Shown one piece after another: positions 62,120 through 64,000 of a stretch of 64,000 nt of DNA; position 1 is the stretch's first letter; the number at the start of each line of letters is the position of its first letter. Under the pieces are notes generated by a model. That model had not been told where the DNA came from. It made no database searches and was given only the letters and a program-made list of their open reading frames with translations. Made by a program: the position numbers and the translations under genes. The stretch comes from Xylographa opegraphella (lineage: Eukaryota), in assembly GCA_022813865.1 (NCBI GenBank), contig JALDZX010000034.1:124001-188000 (forward strand), written 5' to 3'.

Positions 62120-62890
62120 TTATAATATGGCACATGGTCTGTGCTCTTTACCTGGCTTCTTGGGACGACCTGGCTTAGGACCTCGTGGTTCCGCATTCAG
62201 CCCACCAACAGCACCGATGTTCGTACCTCTTCGCTCGATCCGTGCTACGTCGTGCCGCTGCTTCCTCAGATTTCTTACCACGTCGTAAAAGGCTTTCTCC
62301 ACATTTATACAGTTCTTGGCCGAAGCTTCCACAAACTCACATCCAAGCTCCTTGGCAAGATAATTACCCTCTTGGGTGGACACTTCTCGTTCCGTGACCC
62401 GATCGCTTTTGTTCCCTACGAGCATGACAGGAGCCGGCCAGATAGACCCGCTAGGCAACGACGGTGACGTTGGTGACATGTAGCCACCAGCAGTTGGCGA
62501 ACCAGCGTTGGACGAATCCTTGACTCGTTGTATCTGGTTGTAGAATCGTTGTATGCGTGCAAACGATGACCTGGAGGTGATACTGTAGACCAGGACGAAC
62601 CCCTCCCCGTCTCGTATCCACTGGTCTCTCAAAGCTGTGTACTCTTCTTGCCCCGCAGTATCCAGAACTTCCAGCATGCATGATTGTGAATCGATGACCA
62701 CTTGCTTTCGGTACGAATCCTCGATTGTCGGATCATAGGTCTCCACGAAATGGTTGAGACATAGCTGCAAAGTTGTTAGCATATTCGAGGCTAAGATAAA
62801 CAAATATCGTACTTGTATTGTGAGGGCCGTCTTCCCGACACCGCCGTCTCCGAGTACCACCAATCTGTACAAAGTCATCTTGCCTGCCAT
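62120..62890 (-). CDS. ras2: Ras-family GTPase Ras2/RasB; intron 62812-62765
   Basis: [47 protein letters not shown]-terminal CaaX CAIL. Confidence 0.96.
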   Translation of the reverse strand: MAGKMTLYRLVVLGDGGVGKTALTIQVRYLFILASNMLTTLQLCLNHFVETYDPTIEDSYRKQVVIDSQSCMLEVLDTAGQEEYTALRDQWIRDGEGFVLVYSITSRSSFARIQRFYNQIQRVKDSSNAGSPTAGGYMSPTSPSLPSGSIWPAPVMLVGNKSDRVTEREVSTQEGNYLAKELGCEFVEASAKNCINVEKAFYDVVRNLRKQRHDVARIERRGTNIGAVGGLNAEPRGPKPGRPKKPGKEHRPCAIL

Positions 62891-64000
62891 GATGAGTGCA
62901 ACCGATCGGTTATGGTTTTGGGTTTGCTTCTGAAGTAAGAATGGCTCGTGCGGATTCTTGTTTTAATGTTGATCGTGAACGAGCACGGCGGGCAATATAA
63001 GATTCTTGACAATATTGATCTCGTAGTGGCAGTAAATTCACCGATAGCGATGTTGGCATGTGAATGGATTATGAAGTATTGTGATCATCCAGTGCTCACA
63101 CAAGAGAGGTGTTGTTCAACTAGGACAAGATAGCGCTACGAATGGTAGGTTAAGCGATCAAGCTGCCGCGTTACTGTTAGCTAGAGGCTCCATGAATGAC
63201 TTGGAGCACAACAATCACCTCGTTTTCTGGACGTCACTCAACAGATGGCTCCACGCATGCGGTTCCTCGTGTATCTCGATCACGAGAGGTGAGATGTTGT
63301 CGGGATGGGTGAACCTGGGCCAGGAGCTTGATTTTGTACAAAGCAATGTGAAGGCCTTTGCTCACACTCGAATGGTCCAGTGACGGTGTCGTGGTCGTTC
63401 AGAGCAGTGCCTCGTAGGAGTGTGGAAAATGTGCCATCGATCGTCAAGGGGCACGTCGCCGTTAGAGCTCCCCTACGAACAGACTGCTTAGGGCGAGGAA
63501 GAACACGTCGCCGAGTCGTGGAACAGCTGGTGCAGGCTATATGCCTGTGTGGAGATTCGCAATTGGTTGCAGATATGGATGGTGGTATCGTGGGGGAGGG
63601 GCTGGTAATGCCTTCGAGTTGGAGGTGTGCACGTAAGGCACAGCGGGAAACAAGCAGAAGAGAATTCCTGTAGGGAGGGATGTCAGCGATTGTGGTATTG
63701 CGTGGTGGTCGTGTCGGAAGCCTGGGTGGAGAGATGCGCGGGGGTGAGTACCCACTACCCTTTCTCACTACGAAGGACCTTGACCACCACTCTCCCCACT
63801 ATTCACTTTCACTGCTACCCACATAATCGTTTTCCTCCGCTGCTAGTTGGGCGCGAACCCACCGGACGGGCATGATCAAGGTCAGGTAAGTGCTCTGGAT
63901 GGATCCGCAAGCGTTACTGCTAAGGAGTGCTAGCCAAAGGCTCAGTCCGGAGCCTAAAGCTCGGGTTCCCCAGCACAGGGGAGAAGCAGTTCGCTGCTCG

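Noticed and set aside
62765..62812. In-frame stop-free introns (ras2 48 nt, stuA 57 nt, ccg-6 51 nt, helicase 57 and 51 nt) as a special retention system
   Set aside because: With roughly 40 short introns, a handful of 3n stop-free cases is expected by chance; all have ordinary splice signals.
1..64000. Transposons, RIP-degraded repeats, CRISPR arrays, tRNA/rRNA genes, secondary-metabolite cluster
   Set aside because: No transposase/RT motifs, AT-rich relics, spacer-repeat arrays, structural RNA hallmarks or PKS/NRPS domains were recognised by eye.

Overview
Intron-rich, gene-dense nuclear DNA of a filamentous ascomycete (Pezizomycotina; short introns with CTRAC-type branch points). About 19 protein-coding genes could be reconstructed by hand: VPS62 (partial), RPL19, PRP2/cdc28 DEAH helicase, a mitochondrial carrier, an Srp1-like SR protein, sterol O-acyltransferase, ISU1, GCN1, a DHX29/DHX57-like helicase, an orphan ORF, a stand-alone BRCT protein, the APSES regulator StuA with a ~7.7 kb upstream region, mitochondrial SHMT, two hypothetical proteins, a Ccg-6-like GPI wall protein, a haloacid dehalogenase, a Num1/ApsA-like PH protein and Ras2. 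No tRNA, rRNA, CRISPR or transposon was recognised. The most notable signals are at the RNA level: (1) ISU1 can only be read correctly through a 55-nt AT-AC intron carrying major-spliceosome (U2-type) signals; (2) stuA has an AUG-free, in-frame extension of at least 140 codons with a CUG in strong context, inside a long uORF-containing leader; (3) a long hairpin in an RPL19 intron; (4) a long, weakly defined first intron in the SR-protein gene; (5) an array of TQT-like dynein-light-chain motifs in the Num1-like protein. All exon models are manual and lack transcript support.
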